Program-made: the position numbers and the translations under genes | From: Pseudomonadota bacterium | GTDB taxonomy: Bacteria > Bdellovibrionota > FAC87 > UBA2466 | Length of the DNA: 51,631 nt | Assembly (NCBI GenBank): GCA_043767805.1 | Contig: JAYUGC010000168.1 | Location: 1-51,631, forward strand | Reading direction: 5' to 3' | In this document: piece by piece, positions 9,001 to 17,450 of the stretch | Position numbering within the stretch: position 1 is the stretch's first letter | Layout: each line of letters begins with the position of its first letter | The notes under the pieces: model-generated | The model's database searches: none | Seen by the model: only the letters and a program-made list of their open reading frames with translations | Told to the model about the DNA's origin: nothing

Positions 9001-9919
9001 CTTCGTACTTAAAGACGGTGGAATCTTCATACGCCACGCCGTCGATCGTCGTGCGCAAGGTCACGCTGAGGCTTCCCACGCCGAGGTTCGCTTTCAAGGG
9101 AAGGCCGGAGAGCATCGCGGTCGAGGAGCCGATAGAGAGCCACGCGGGAAGCGACTGCGAAACGATTTCGTAGCTGAGAGCCGTGCCTTCGGGGTTCGTC
9201 ACGAACTCGAGGAGGCTTCTGGAATAGGCTTGGTCCTCGGAAGGATTGGGCGTGAGGGTGATTTGCGAAGACGTCCACTTGGGCGGCTTCACGGTTTTAA
9301 GCACCTCGCCGAACGCGGCGACGGCCGCGGAGCCTCCGCTACCGATCGCGGTGAGAGTGATACCGTTGTACTTACCGACATTCGCGCGCTTCGGAGTGCC
9401 CGAGAGAACACCCGTGGAGCCGTTTAAAGACATCCAGCTCGGCTGACCCGCGATGGTGAAGGTCATCCCTCCGCCCGTGGGGTTCGTCACGACGGAGTTC
9501 AAATTAACGGACCAGGCTTTGTCCTCGTTTTGCAGACCGAGATCGACCGGGCTATGGGTCCACTTTGGAGGGGCGATGACCGTGATTTGCATCGCGTGGT
9601 TCGCGATACCCGATTCGCCGGAGCTATCGGAGACGCTCATGCGGAAATTAAAGACGCCCGTTTGGCTGGTGCTCGGCGTGCCGGAGAGGCGGTTCGTCGC
9701 CGAATTTAAAGTGAGCCAGCTCGGCATTCCCGACTGAACCCAAGTGAGGGGCGGTATGCCGGGGGTCACCAGAAGGGTTCTCAAATCGATGTCGTAAAGG
9801 ACGCCCGCTTGCACGGTCCCGAGATTGGTCGTCGGGTTATCTTTGAAGGCGACGCCTCGTTTAGGCGCAGCGATTAGGCTCGTGGCAAGAAATAACGCTG
9901 CCAGGAAAAAGCGGTTCAT
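6032..9919 (-). CDS. large exported adhesin-like protein: ~10 putative Ig/cadherin-like repeats plus a C-terminal vWA-like domain
   Basis: Signal peptide; ~95-aa repeats NHxPxW...DxDGD...GPxW...G.L.GxP; C-terminal DTLWVVDNS motif. Confidence 0.85.
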   Translation of the reverse strand: MNRFFLAALFLATSLIAAPKRGVAFKDNPTTNLGTVQAGVLYDIDLRTLLVTPGIPPLTWVQSGMPSWLTLNSATNRLSGTPSTSQTGVFNFRMSVSDSSGESGIANHAMQITVIAPPKWTHSPVDLGLQNEDKAWSVNLNSVVTNPTGGGMTFTIAGQPSWMSLNGSTGVLSGTPKRANVGKYNGITLTAIGSGGSAAVAAFGEVLKTVKPPKWTSSQITLTPNPSEDQAYSRSLLEFVTNPEGTALSYEIVSQSLPAWLSIGSSTAMLSGLPLKANLGVGSLSVTLRTTIDGVAYEDSTVFKYEVLHVNHPPKWVADPLPFPNGATGVGYNQSLKNSFTDVDAGDTHKFELVPGGPAWLKLDSSTGQLSGSPAKGDAGTFTWKVKVTDQATASDTTTLSITVIKSNDPPAWVSKPTLLKDGAEDAAYEVDLNQVKYVVDPDSDPISFTKLSGPAWATVSSQGKLVGKPGKNDIGIAKIQVRAADGISGSDVAEIQIAVIATNHAPFWMASPLNFTTKEDAPMNLDLAAFAKDPDNDTPLSFSLLQGPPWAKLSALGALTGTPKAAQLGVNNFKVRVADPKGLSADVDVVVTVQHVNHRPEWTVNPIVLPNAKEDQAYSAILSGFAQDVDAGDILSFSVVEGPAWAKVGASGVLTGVPGRLDVGLNTLRVRVMDPYNEFSDVTVQVTVEKVNHAPRWRQNPILMTDGYVDEAYSFNLAPFAVDDDGDVLKFRVVSGPTWMKVAENGLVTGTPLKADKGPFNAVFEVTDTKSPGVSTNVNGTILQKNKPPVISPELPTFIVKERSLFKVNLNQPQYISDPDGDTLNFVLLDAAPWVTLSQTGELIVNKPAFKDIGLHTFKLKVDDGKVATNGTLSIQVIRDPRAPVWIQDPIRFIAKTNEPFSESLVSWVQDLDGIPITFSKKTGKPWLSAASSGQLSGEPKDADLGSNAFVVSACNDLLCSDAGVFIDVQWGTKEEKFATDDAVSGARADTLWVVDNSQQCDSLVTSLKKNANVFFDALNKAKVSHAGIYLSADAHKWDGMPIRDTNQPRLFRWTDTNLVADFLKRVDLSYSPGSCSNCYNSPLWSMSRFYEHAPDLTDVYHQGYLDGGVPMDAMIVTQQMDHYKWYTKYIPEFVKFTPEDYAKRFQEFHAKEASNLRVSAIAPQCPSLIEQTGDKSSYGPDNSYRTVVDKTAGTYYTVNCNFDVASYLKDYAAKIVARAYLWGHKSVNLSKNPVETQSMKVWLGDTPLQGNSGAATDQWRYEPATNAVRIYWNRIDTSAMKPRDKIRVTYRVS

Positions 9920-10267
9920 AATCCACTCCCGATGCGGTCAGTAAGGCGTTGATTGTTGGGAAAAGCTGGTCTGGTAAAGAAGAGTCTCTAGTTTACCTCG
10001 GCCAGGGATGCCGCGATCTATCCTCGGAAAAAAACGTTAACAGAACCCTGGCCGCAAATCCTTGTCGGCGAGCTTGCGAGATTACGAGAGGGATTTGGCG
10101 AGATTGTGCTTCGCGTTATTTCATGTTTCGGTCCAAAGCCGAAGTTGCTTCGAGAATAGCCGCGCTGCTTCGTGCCTTTTTGCAGGGCTAGCCGCGATGC
10201 GAAAATCCCTGCCTCTGCCTGAGGCTTTGCTCTTCGGATTCCGCCCCGGGAGGAGTCACTCCGCCGC

Positions 10268-10516
10268 TCACGGTCGGTCAGGTTGGGGGGATCTTGCTCC
10301 TCCCTTGAACTGATTGTGACCTCGACAACGAAGCGCCAGATTTTGAGTGTCTTGAGAGCTACCCCCAAGACTCCACGGGATCAGGTGATCGATTCCCAAA
10401 AAGGCCGTGCTACCACAGCGCCTGCCTGACGGACTCTGGTATCCGCAGCTTCCCCCGTCTCTTCGCCACACCTCACGTCGGATAGCTTTGGGAATATAGC
10501 GGATACTTTTAGCCAA
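10268..10516 (-). pseudogene. isolated HNH endonuclease domain (fragment of the family encoded at 47440-48300)
   Basis: RYIPKAIRREVWRRDGGSC...RRC...IDH..P...GGS...NL..RCRGHN aligns by eye with the C-terminus of 47440-48300; TTG start; no N-terminal domain. Confidence 0.7.
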
Positions 10517-10535
10517 GAACCTTCCTTGAGGAAGG

Positions 10536-11834
10536 CTAAGGCGTAAGCCGATGAATCATGCGCGGGAACGCGGCCGCTTCACGCAAATGATCGAGTCCAC
10601 AGATCCACGAGACGGTGCGCTCGAGACCCATGCCGAAACCGGAATGGGGAACACTGCCGTACTTACGCAAATCCAGGTACCACTCGAACGCCTCCCGCGG
10701 AAGATTGTGCTGCTTGATTCTCTCGAGCAGGACTTCGAGGCTTTCCTCGCGCTGGCCGCCCCCGATGATTTCGCCGTAGCCTTCCGGCGCGAGACAGTCT
10801 ACGCCGAGCGCGCAGAGCGGATTGCTCGGATCGGCCTTCATGTAAAACGCCTTGATGGCCGCTGGGAAACGATGCACGAAGAGCGGCTTATCGAAACTTT
10901 CCGCGAGTGCCGTCTCTTCCGGCGCGCCGAAATCGCCGCCCCATTCGCTCGCAACCCCCTTGGCTTTGAGCATCTCGACTGCTTCCGTGTAGCTGATGCG
11001 CGGGAAGGGCGCCTTCACGTTCTGAAGGTGCTTCGTATCGCGGCCGAGTACCGCGAGATCGTCTTTGCACTCGGTCAAAACCGTTTGAATGGTGTATTCG
11101 AGGAAGTTTTCCGCGAGCACCATATTGTCATCGAGATCATTAAACGCGACTTCGGGCTCCACCATCCAGAATTCCGTGAGGTGTCGGCGCGTTTTGCTCT
11201 TCTCGGCGCGGAACGTGGGGCCGAAGCAATACACTTTGCCGAACGCCATGGCGCCGGCCTCTCCATAGAGCTGGCCGCTCTGAGAGAGGTATGCCTTCTC
11301 GCCGAAGTACTCCGTCTCAAACAGCGTCGTCGTGCCTTCGCAGGCCGCCGGCGTGAAGATGGGCGTGTCCATCAAAGTGAAGCCGTTATTGTCGAAGAAA
11401 TCGCGGATGGCTTTCACGAAGCGCGCGCGGATACGCAAAATCGCGTGGGGGCGCTGGCTTCTGAGCCAAAGGTGACGGTTCGACAATAAGAAGTCAGGAC
11501 CGTGCTCCTTGGGACCAATCGGATAGTCTTGCGCGATTTGTAGAATCTGAAGCGTCTCGAGATCAAGCTCAAAACCGCCCTTAGCCCGCGCATTCTCGCG
11601 CACCTTGCCGGTGACGATGAGGGAAGTCTCCTGGGTGAGCTTCTCGAAATCTTCCATCGCGTTCGAAGGCGTTTGCCCCGTGACCAGCACGAACTGGACG
11701 ATCCCCGAGCCGTCTCGAAACATCAGGAACTTCACTTTGCCGGAGCTACGCTTGCTGTAGACCCAGCCCCGAAGGGTGACGCTTTGGCCGGCGTATTTGC
11801 CGAGCTCTCGAACGGTAGTGATGGGCGGCTTCAT
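10536..11834 (-). CDS. asnS: asparagine--tRNA ligase
   Basis: OB-fold N-terminus, [50 protein letters not shown]. Confidence 0.97.
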   Translation of the reverse strand: MKPPITTVRELGKYAGQSVTLRGWVYSKRSSGKVKFLMFRDGSGIVQFVLVTGQTPSNAMEDFEKLTQETSLIVTGKVRENARAKGGFELDLETLQILQIAQDYPIGPKEHGPDFLLSNRHLWLRSQRPHAILRIRARFVKAIRDFFDNNGFTLMDTPIFTPAACEGTTTLFETEYFGEKAYLSQSGQLYGEAGAMAFGKVYCFGPTFRAEKSKTRRHLTEFWMVEPEVAFNDLDDNMVLAENFLEYTIQTVLTECKDDLAVLGRDTKHLQNVKAPFPRISYTEAVEMLKAKGVASEWGGDFGAPEETALAESFDKPLFVHRFPAAIKAFYMKADPSNPLCALGVDCLAPEGYGEIIGGGQREESLEVLLERIKQHNLPREAFEWYLDLRKYGSVPHSGFGMGLERTVSWICGLDHLREAAAFPRMIHRLTP

Positions 11835-12769
11835 GCGGTGGCCGGCTTCTTGACCTTGGCGCGCTCGCGTTTGGCGATTAGCTTATCGATGTAAATCGTC
11901 ATGGGCGCGGCGATGTAAACCGTCGAGTAGGTACCTACGACGATACCGAAGCACATCGCGATACCGAAACTTCTGAGCTCTCCCTTACAAAAGAGCACCA
12001 CCGGGAGAATCGACAAGAACGTGAGGAGCGACGTGTTTAAGGTACGGGACAATGTCGCGTTCACGGCCTTGTTGACCAGCTGCGGAAGCGGCATGCCGTC
12101 GCCGCCGCGTTTGAGCATGTCGCGGACGCGATCGTAGACGACGATGGTGTCGTTGACGCTCCAACCGGCGATGGTGAGTAAAGCCGCGACCGCGGTGATC
12201 GTGAACTCGGTGCCGGTGATGAGATAAAAGCCCGTCGCAATCGTAATATCGTGGACCATGGCGAGTGTCGCGCCGGGGGCGAAACGAACGTCGAAACGAA
12301 GCACGATGTAGAGAGCGATGAGGATGATCGAATAGAACAGGGACATCATCGCCGCTTTTTTAAGATCCGCTCCCACCTTCGGGCCTACGATATCGGCCGA
12401 AAGGATAGTCATTTTGCCGGGACCGGCTTTTTCGCCGAGGCGCCGGACGAGGGGCGCTTGGTCCGTCGTTTCCACCACGGTGCGCGCCGTGATTAAGAAC
12501 TCCGTACTTTCCGTTCCTACCGCGACCACCGAGGCGTCGGGCTCACCTGCGTCGGAGACGAGCTTTCGGACTTCATCCGGAGGTGTGGGTGACGAAAACT
12601 TCACCTGAATGGCCGTTCCGCCCGTGAAGTCGATGCCGTAGTTCAGGCCCTTCGTCAGCATGCCCCAGACCACCAGGATCGCGGTGATGACGGAGAAGGC
12701 CAGAAAGTACTTAAACTTTCCGATGAAATCGAAATTCGTGTCCGGATTGATTAGTTGAAAGAACTTCAT
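11831..12769 (-). CDS. secF: protein translocase subunit SecF
   Basis: [35 protein letters not shown]. Confidence 0.97.
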   Translation of the reverse strand: MKFFQLINPDTNFDFIGKFKYFLAFSVITAILVVWGMLTKGLNYGIDFTGGTAIQVKFSSPTPPDEVRKLVSDAGEPDASVVAVGTESTEFLITARTVVETTDQAPLVRRLGEKAGPGKMTILSADIVGPKVGADLKKAAMMSLFYSIILIALYIVLRFDVRFAPGATLAMVHDITIATGFYLITGTEFTITAVAALLTIAGWSVNDTIVVYDRVRDMLKRGGDGMPLPQLVNKAVNATLSRTLNTSLLTFLSILPVVLFCKGELRSFGIAMCFGIVVGTYSTVYIAAPMTIYIDKLIAKRERAKVKKPATA

Positions 12770-12777
12770 GTAGCGCC

Positions 12778-14538
12778 TCAGACCCCGAAGGTTTTGCGAT
12801 TACGGTTGATGACGAACAGGTCGAAGAGCATGCGGGTTACGTATACCGCGGTGAACATCGACGAGATGACGCCGATGACCAGCGTGACCGCGAAGCCCTT
12901 GATGGGGCCGTAACCGAACTCGAGAAGCACGAGGCCGGCGATGACCGTCGTCGTGTTCGAGTCGAAGATGGCCTGAAAGGCCGCCGTGTAAGCTTCGGAG
13001 ATGGCCGCGTTGAGAGGCCTTCCTTTCCTAAGCTCTTCTCGGATGTGCTCGAAGATAAGGACGTTCGCGTCCACCGACATACCGAGACCGAGGGTTAGAC
13101 CCGCGAGACCCGGCAGTGACAGCGTGCCTTCGAAAGCCGCCATGCAGGCCAGAGTAAAAAGCCCGTTCAGGGCGAGGGCGAAGTTCGCGAACCAACCCGA
13201 TCCGCGGTAGTAAATGCCCATGAAGAGGAAGACGAGGACCACGCCGCCGAGTAGCGAGTAGGTACCGGCTTTCACCGCGTCCGCGCCGAGGGCCGGGCCG
13301 ATGACTCGCTCTTCGAGGAACAATAGACGCGCCGGAAGCGCGCCCGAGCGAAGCACGAGGGCTGTGTCTTTCGCGTCGTTTTGCACTTGTTCCGGAGACT
13401 TGTCGCTGCCGCCCAGCTCGATGCGGGCGTGCCCGCCACCGATGCGGTCCTTGATGCGGGGAGCGGAGTGGACGTTGCTGTCCAATACGATCGCCATCAT
13501 CTTGCCGACGTTCTCGCCGGTGGCTTTCTCGAACTTTCCCGACCCGAGCGGGGTCATGGTGAAATTCACTTCGGGAAGGTTGGTGTTCGAATCGAAGCCG
13601 ACGCTCGCATCCGCCAAATCTTCGCCCGTCACGAGCGGCTCGCGGTCGACCAAGTACGGGATGTACTCTTGGTCGCGCGTGTTCACGTTCGTGTGTTTGG
13701 CGAAAAGAATCTCCGTGCCTTTGGGCAATTTCGCTTCCGCCCAAGTGTTGATCTCACGCAGGTAGGCCGACATGGGAGTCGCGGCATCGAGTTTTTTGCC
13801 CGTAGCCTTTTCGAACTCCGATACCCAGGTTTTCAGCTGATCGGCGGTCGGCGGGCCTTCCGGGGATTCCGGGCCGCTGCGTACGATTTGGAAAGAAAGC
13901 TTCGCCGTACGGGAAATGATGTCCTTCAAGCGGCTGGTTTCCGTCACGCCCGGAAATTGCACGAGGATTTTATCCGTGCCGTGGCGGGTGATGATGGGCT
14001 CCGAGATGCCGAACTCGTCGATGCGGTTACGCAGGGTCTCGACGGCCTGATCGATGGCTTGGGTCTTGACCTCGGTCGACTGAGACTCCGAGAGGCGAAC
14101 GACCACTTGGTTACTGGTCTGTCCTTCGAAATCCACTTGAGGGCCCATGAACTTGGAGATGACGCTGTCCATCCGCTTCCAGGTGGCTTCGTCCGGGAAG
14201 GTCACGACGACTTTGTTCTCTTTGGTGGTCTCGAAGGTGAGCCCCTTGATTTTCTCCTGTTCGGAGAGATCCTTCAGCTGGGTCTTTAATTTAGTGGCCG
14301 CCGTGCGGTTCACTTCGTCGAAGTCGATGCCGAGCACCAGATGCAGGCCACCTTTAAGATCGAGGCCGAGCTTCAAAGTCTCGGAAGGAAGCAGGTGGTA
14401 GTACCACGGGTCGCTGTCCTTCAAATTTCTCGGAACCGTTTTACCGAGTCCGAACTTCAGAGCGGTCGGAATCAGTAGATAGGCCGCGAATACAATGATG
14501 CTTGCTGTGCCGACAAGTCGCCAGGTGAGGCTCTTCAT
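12778..14538 (-). CDS. secD: protein translocase subunit SecD
   Basis: LGLDLKGG, RNRIDEFGISEP, LRSGALPA, IGPALG, VDANVLIFE. Confidence 0.97.
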   Translation of the reverse strand: MKSLTWRLVGTASIIVFAAYLLIPTALKFGLGKTVPRNLKDSDPWYYHLLPSETLKLGLDLKGGLHLVLGIDFDEVNRTAATKLKTQLKDLSEQEKIKGLTFETTKENKVVVTFPDEATWKRMDSVISKFMGPQVDFEGQTSNQVVVRLSESQSTEVKTQAIDQAVETLRNRIDEFGISEPIITRHGTDKILVQFPGVTETSRLKDIISRTAKLSFQIVRSGPESPEGPPTADQLKTWVSEFEKATGKKLDAATPMSAYLREINTWAEAKLPKGTEILFAKHTNVNTRDQEYIPYLVDREPLVTGEDLADASVGFDSNTNLPEVNFTMTPLGSGKFEKATGENVGKMMAIVLDSNVHSAPRIKDRIGGGHARIELGGSDKSPEQVQNDAKDTALVLRSGALPARLLFLEERVIGPALGADAVKAGTYSLLGGVVLVFLFMGIYYRGSGWFANFALALNGLFTLACMAAFEGTLSLPGLAGLTLGLGMSVDANVLIFEHIREELRKGRPLNAAISEAYTAAFQAIFDSNTTTVIAGLVLLEFGYGPIKGFAVTLVIGVISSMFTAVYVTRMLFDLFVINRNRKTFGV

Positions 14539-14545
14539 TTTGGAG

Positions 14546-14935
14546 TTATTCCTGTGGTTGAGCTGCGGTCGTGGACTTCTTCGCCGTATTCAGAGAAGCC
14601 GCCGACTCGGTGATGTGACTCTTTAAGATTTTGAGGCTGATGCCCTGATCGATTTCCAGCATGACGAACTTGTCGGTGACCGATTTCACGGTGCCGACGA
14701 TTCCGCCGCTGGTGACGACCATGTCGCCCTTTTTGAGCTCTTTGATGAAAGTGGTTTGTTCCTTCGCCTTCTTTTGCTGAGGGCGGAGAATCAAGAAGTA
14801 GAAGATGGCGAAAATGATGATGAGCGGGATGAACGGGCTCACCGGATTGACGGGAGACGCGGCGGCGGCCGGAGCCTCCGCGAAGGCGTTGACTGCCGAG
14901 AGAGTGAGCGCACCAAGTACTACCAACGTTTTCAT
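14546..14935 (-). CDS. yajC: preprotein translocase subunit YajC
   Basis: IFYFLILRPQQKK, LKKGDMVVTSGGIVG; located between tgt and secD. Confidence 0.95.
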   Translation of the reverse strand: MKTLVVLGALTLSAVNAFAEAPAAAASPVNPVSPFIPLIIIFAIFYFLILRPQQKKAKEQTTFIKELKKGDMVVTSGGIVGTVKSVTDKFVMLEIDQGISLKILKSHITESAASLNTAKKSTTAAQPQE

Positions 14936-16062
14936 AGCTCTCCTTGCGAGGACGTCGCGGGATAGGCTTTCAAAAGCCGCGGCGCCATCTCATTGTAGAA
15001 AGACCCGAATGTACCAGAATCCAAGGCACCGCGCACCCGCAACATAAGTCGGTGATAGTAGTGGAGGTTATGTAGAGTGGCAAGGCGACAACCCAGGATT
15101 TCTTTCAGGGCGAAGAGGTGGCGCAAATACCCTCGGCTGAATTTGCGGCAGCAGAGGCAATCGCACGCGGAGTCCATGGGAGAGTCGTCCAGGCGGTGCT
15201 GGGCGTTTCTGATGTTGAGAAGCCCCTCGTCCGTGAAAAAGCCGCCGTTTCGGGCGTTCCTGGTCGGAAGGACGCAGTCGAACATGTCGACGCCGTTTTT
15301 GACTCCTTCCAAGAGGTCCCGCGGCGTTCCGACTCCCATTAAGTAATGAGGAAGCTTCGGCGGAAGGTGAGGGGCGAGCCCCTCCAGGGTTTCCTTCATG
15401 GCCTGAAATGGTTCCCCGACACTGAGTCCCCCGAGGGCGAGACCGTCGACGGGCAGCGAAATTGTGCGCTCGAGGCTATCTCGGCGAAGGGCGAGATCCG
15501 TGCCCCCTTGGCAGATACCGAAAATGTTTTGTCCCTCTTTGCGGGGAACGGCGAGGAAGCGTGCCGCCCAGCGGTGGCTTCTTTCGACAGCTCGGGCCAG
15601 CTCGTCCCGAGTGGCTGGTAGGGCCAGGCACTCGTCCAAGACCATGGCGATGTCGGAACCGATGGACTGCTGAATGCGGGCGCAGGTTTCCGGCGTGAGG
15701 TTCAAGAGGTCGCCGTTCACGGGAGAGCGAAACGAAACGCCTTCCTCGGTCATCTTCTTAAAGGAGGAAAGGCTGAAAACCTGGAACCCACCGCTATCGG
15801 TGAGAATGGGGCCGTCCCAGCCCATGAACTTGTGAAGGCCGCCGAATTTTTCGAGGACTTCGGTCCCAGGCCGTAAATTCAGATGATAAGTGTTGCCCAG
15901 AATGATTTGGGAGCCCGCCGCCCGAACTTCGTCCGGATCGACGGTTTTGACCGCGCCGTAGGTCCCCACAGGCATGAAAACGGGCGTTTCCACGACTCCA
16001 TGCGCTAAAGTGAGGCGGCCTCGGCGGGCAAACCCTTCGGTTTTTAGAACTTCGAACAACAT
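14932..16062 (-). CDS. tgt: tRNA-guanine transglycosylase
   Basis: TPVFMPVGT, ILTDSGGFQVFSL, YLMGVG, DMFDCVLPTR, CDCLCC zinc site, HNL. Confidence 0.97.
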   Translation of the reverse strand: MLFEVLKTEGFARRGRLTLAHGVVETPVFMPVGTYGAVKTVDPDEVRAAGSQIILGNTYHLNLRPGTEVLEKFGGLHKFMGWDGPILTDSGGFQVFSLSSFKKMTEEGVSFRSPVNGDLLNLTPETCARIQQSIGSDIAMVLDECLALPATRDELARAVERSHRWAARFLAVPRKEGQNIFGICQGGTDLALRRDSLERTISLPVDGLALGGLSVGEPFQAMKETLEGLAPHLPPKLPHYLMGVGTPRDLLEGVKNGVDMFDCVLPTRNARNGGFFTDEGLLNIRNAQHRLDDSPMDSACDCLCCRKFSRGYLRHLFALKEILGCRLATLHNLHYYHRLMLRVRGALDSGTFGSFYNEMAPRLLKAYPATSSQGEL

Positions 16063-16121
16063 TGGTGTTTCTGTGCGTTGCCTCCTTCTAGTTCAGGGTG
16101 ATAGAACGGAGCCACAAAAAA

Positions 16122-16577
16122 ATGACACCCTTGATTGTTCCCATCCCAGCCGTAAATGCCGCCATCTTCAATCCGCACGGGGAGATTCTGCTTACCCAGC
16201 GCTCGAACAAAGTTCGCGAGCCTGGCAAGTGGGTCCTTCCGGGAGGTCACGTAGAGAAGGGAGAGACTTGGGCCGCCGCCAACCGCCGCGAGGTGGAAGA
16301 GGAAACTGGACTCAAAGTCATCTCCCAGACTCTCATGGGTCTCTACTCGGACCCGAACCTCACGGTGACCAGCGAGGTTTTGCCATCTGGCACTCTCGGT
16401 CAGTTCGTGGTGGTGGTCTTTAAAGTGACCGTCTACGAAGGCGATCTAAAGACCAATCACGAGGTGGCGGAGTGGGACTGGTTCTCTCAAGGGAACCTTC
16501 CCGACCCGATGCTCAAATCCCATCCTATCCGGGTGGCCGATGCATTTCGTTTTCGCGGCGAGGTTTTTCTCAGATGA
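16122..16577 (+). CDS. Nudix hydrolase
   Basis: Intact Nudix box GGHVEKGETWAAANRREVEEETGL. Confidence 0.9.
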   Translation: MTPLIVPIPAVNAAIFNPHGEILLTQRSNKVREPGKWVLPGGHVEKGETWAAANRREVEEETGLKVISQTLMGLYSDPNLTVTSEVLPSGTLGQFVVVVFKVTVYEGDLKTNHEVAEWDWFSQGNLPDPMLKSHPIRVADAFRFRGEVFLR

Positions 16578-16921
16578 GTGAATATCCAGTTCCGTCCGTG
16601 CGCATTTTGGCCGTCAGCGAGGGCAAGTACGCCTCGGTGAAAGAGGGCGAGTTTTTCCGTTTTCCCGGAGGCCCTCTTAAAGGAGGCGAATCCTGGGAGC
16701 AGGCGGTAGTCGCGCGCTTGAAAGAGCTCGGCGTTACCGCGGGCGCCATGAAATTTCTGGGAATGGCCGCCCCCGAGGAGCGAGACGGCGTTTGGTACCT
16801 GGCCGCCGACTTCAGAGTTGAGGCCAAGGGCGGAAGCGCGGACGTTCTCTGGGAGAACGCCGAAGGCCTACCCGCCAAGATGCGGGTGACCTTAAAGAAG
16901 TGGCGGGAGAGTCCGCAATAA
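16574..16921 (+). CDS. Nudix-fold protein with a degenerate box
   Basis: ATGA overlap with the upstream gene; FPGGPLKGGESWEQAVVARLKELG lacks the RExxEE glutamates. Confidence 0.55.
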   Translation: MSEYPVPSVRILAVSEGKYASVKEGEFFRFPGGPLKGGESWEQAVVARLKELGVTAGAMKFLGMAAPEERDGVWYLAADFRVEAKGGSADVLWENAEGLPAKMRVTLKKWRESPQ

Positions 16922-17380
16922 GCCGGATCCTGTCTGATACCCTTCTTGCCACAACGTTTTCCAGGTATCTGACGATCATTCATCTAGCACCGCCGTTGCC
17001 GACGGTGTCGAGCGACCTACCCGGGACTGTCAGGGTTTGACCCTGTTCAACGTTCAAGCGAAGCTTGAACGCTGCCCAGGACCCTCACGGAGCTAGATCC
17101 GATTCGTCCCTGTTTGGCCTTGCACTCCGTAGAGCTTGCCTGTTTTCACTACAGCAGCTTAGGAAGGTTTCCCCTCCACACCCATTAGCCTTGCCACAGC
17201 CAATGAGAACGCTCTGTACATCCTTTCTGTTGCGCTGGTCCTCAGCTCACGCTGGACGGGCGTTACCCGCTACGGCCTTCGCATGTGTCCGGACTTTCCT
17301 CCCGCCTTCGCCGAAGGCTACGGCGGGCAAGCCCGCTGGAGCTAGGACGAAGGCCAGCGATCGTCTCGCGGACTCTCCCG
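16904..17380 (-). ncRNA. rnpB: RNase P RNA
   Basis: Minus strand GAGGAAAGTCCGG, GCAACAGAAA, GCAAGGCCAAA, AGATGAATGATCGTC, ACAGGATCCGGCTTA; P1 = CGGGAGAGTCCGC pairing 17368-17380 with 16904-16916. Confidence 0.95.
17301..17336. repeat. 31-nt hairpin insertion with CCCGC duplication inside rnpB
   Basis: CCCGC-CTTCGCCGAAGGCTACGGCGGGCAAG-CCCGC; removing one unit restores P3 directly followed by GGAGGAAAG. Confidence 0.65.
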
Positions 17381-17450
17381 GGGGCAACATACAAAATTAG
17401 GCTGGGTAAAGCTAGACGGGTTCCACTAGTCAGGCGAATATACCGGGGTC

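Noticed and set aside
6231..9737. Many long antisense or alternate-frame ORFs here and over secD, gcvP and the PHP gene
   Set aside because: Shadow ORFs expected from high-GC codon bias; none has recognisable motifs.
10253..10261. GAGTCACTC shared with 48385-48393 near both HNH loci
   Set aside because: A 9-mer on opposite sides of the two genes is compatible with chance.
17065..17400. ORFs overlapping the 16.9-17.4 kb gap
   Set aside because: The region is explained by the RNase P RNA on the minus strand.
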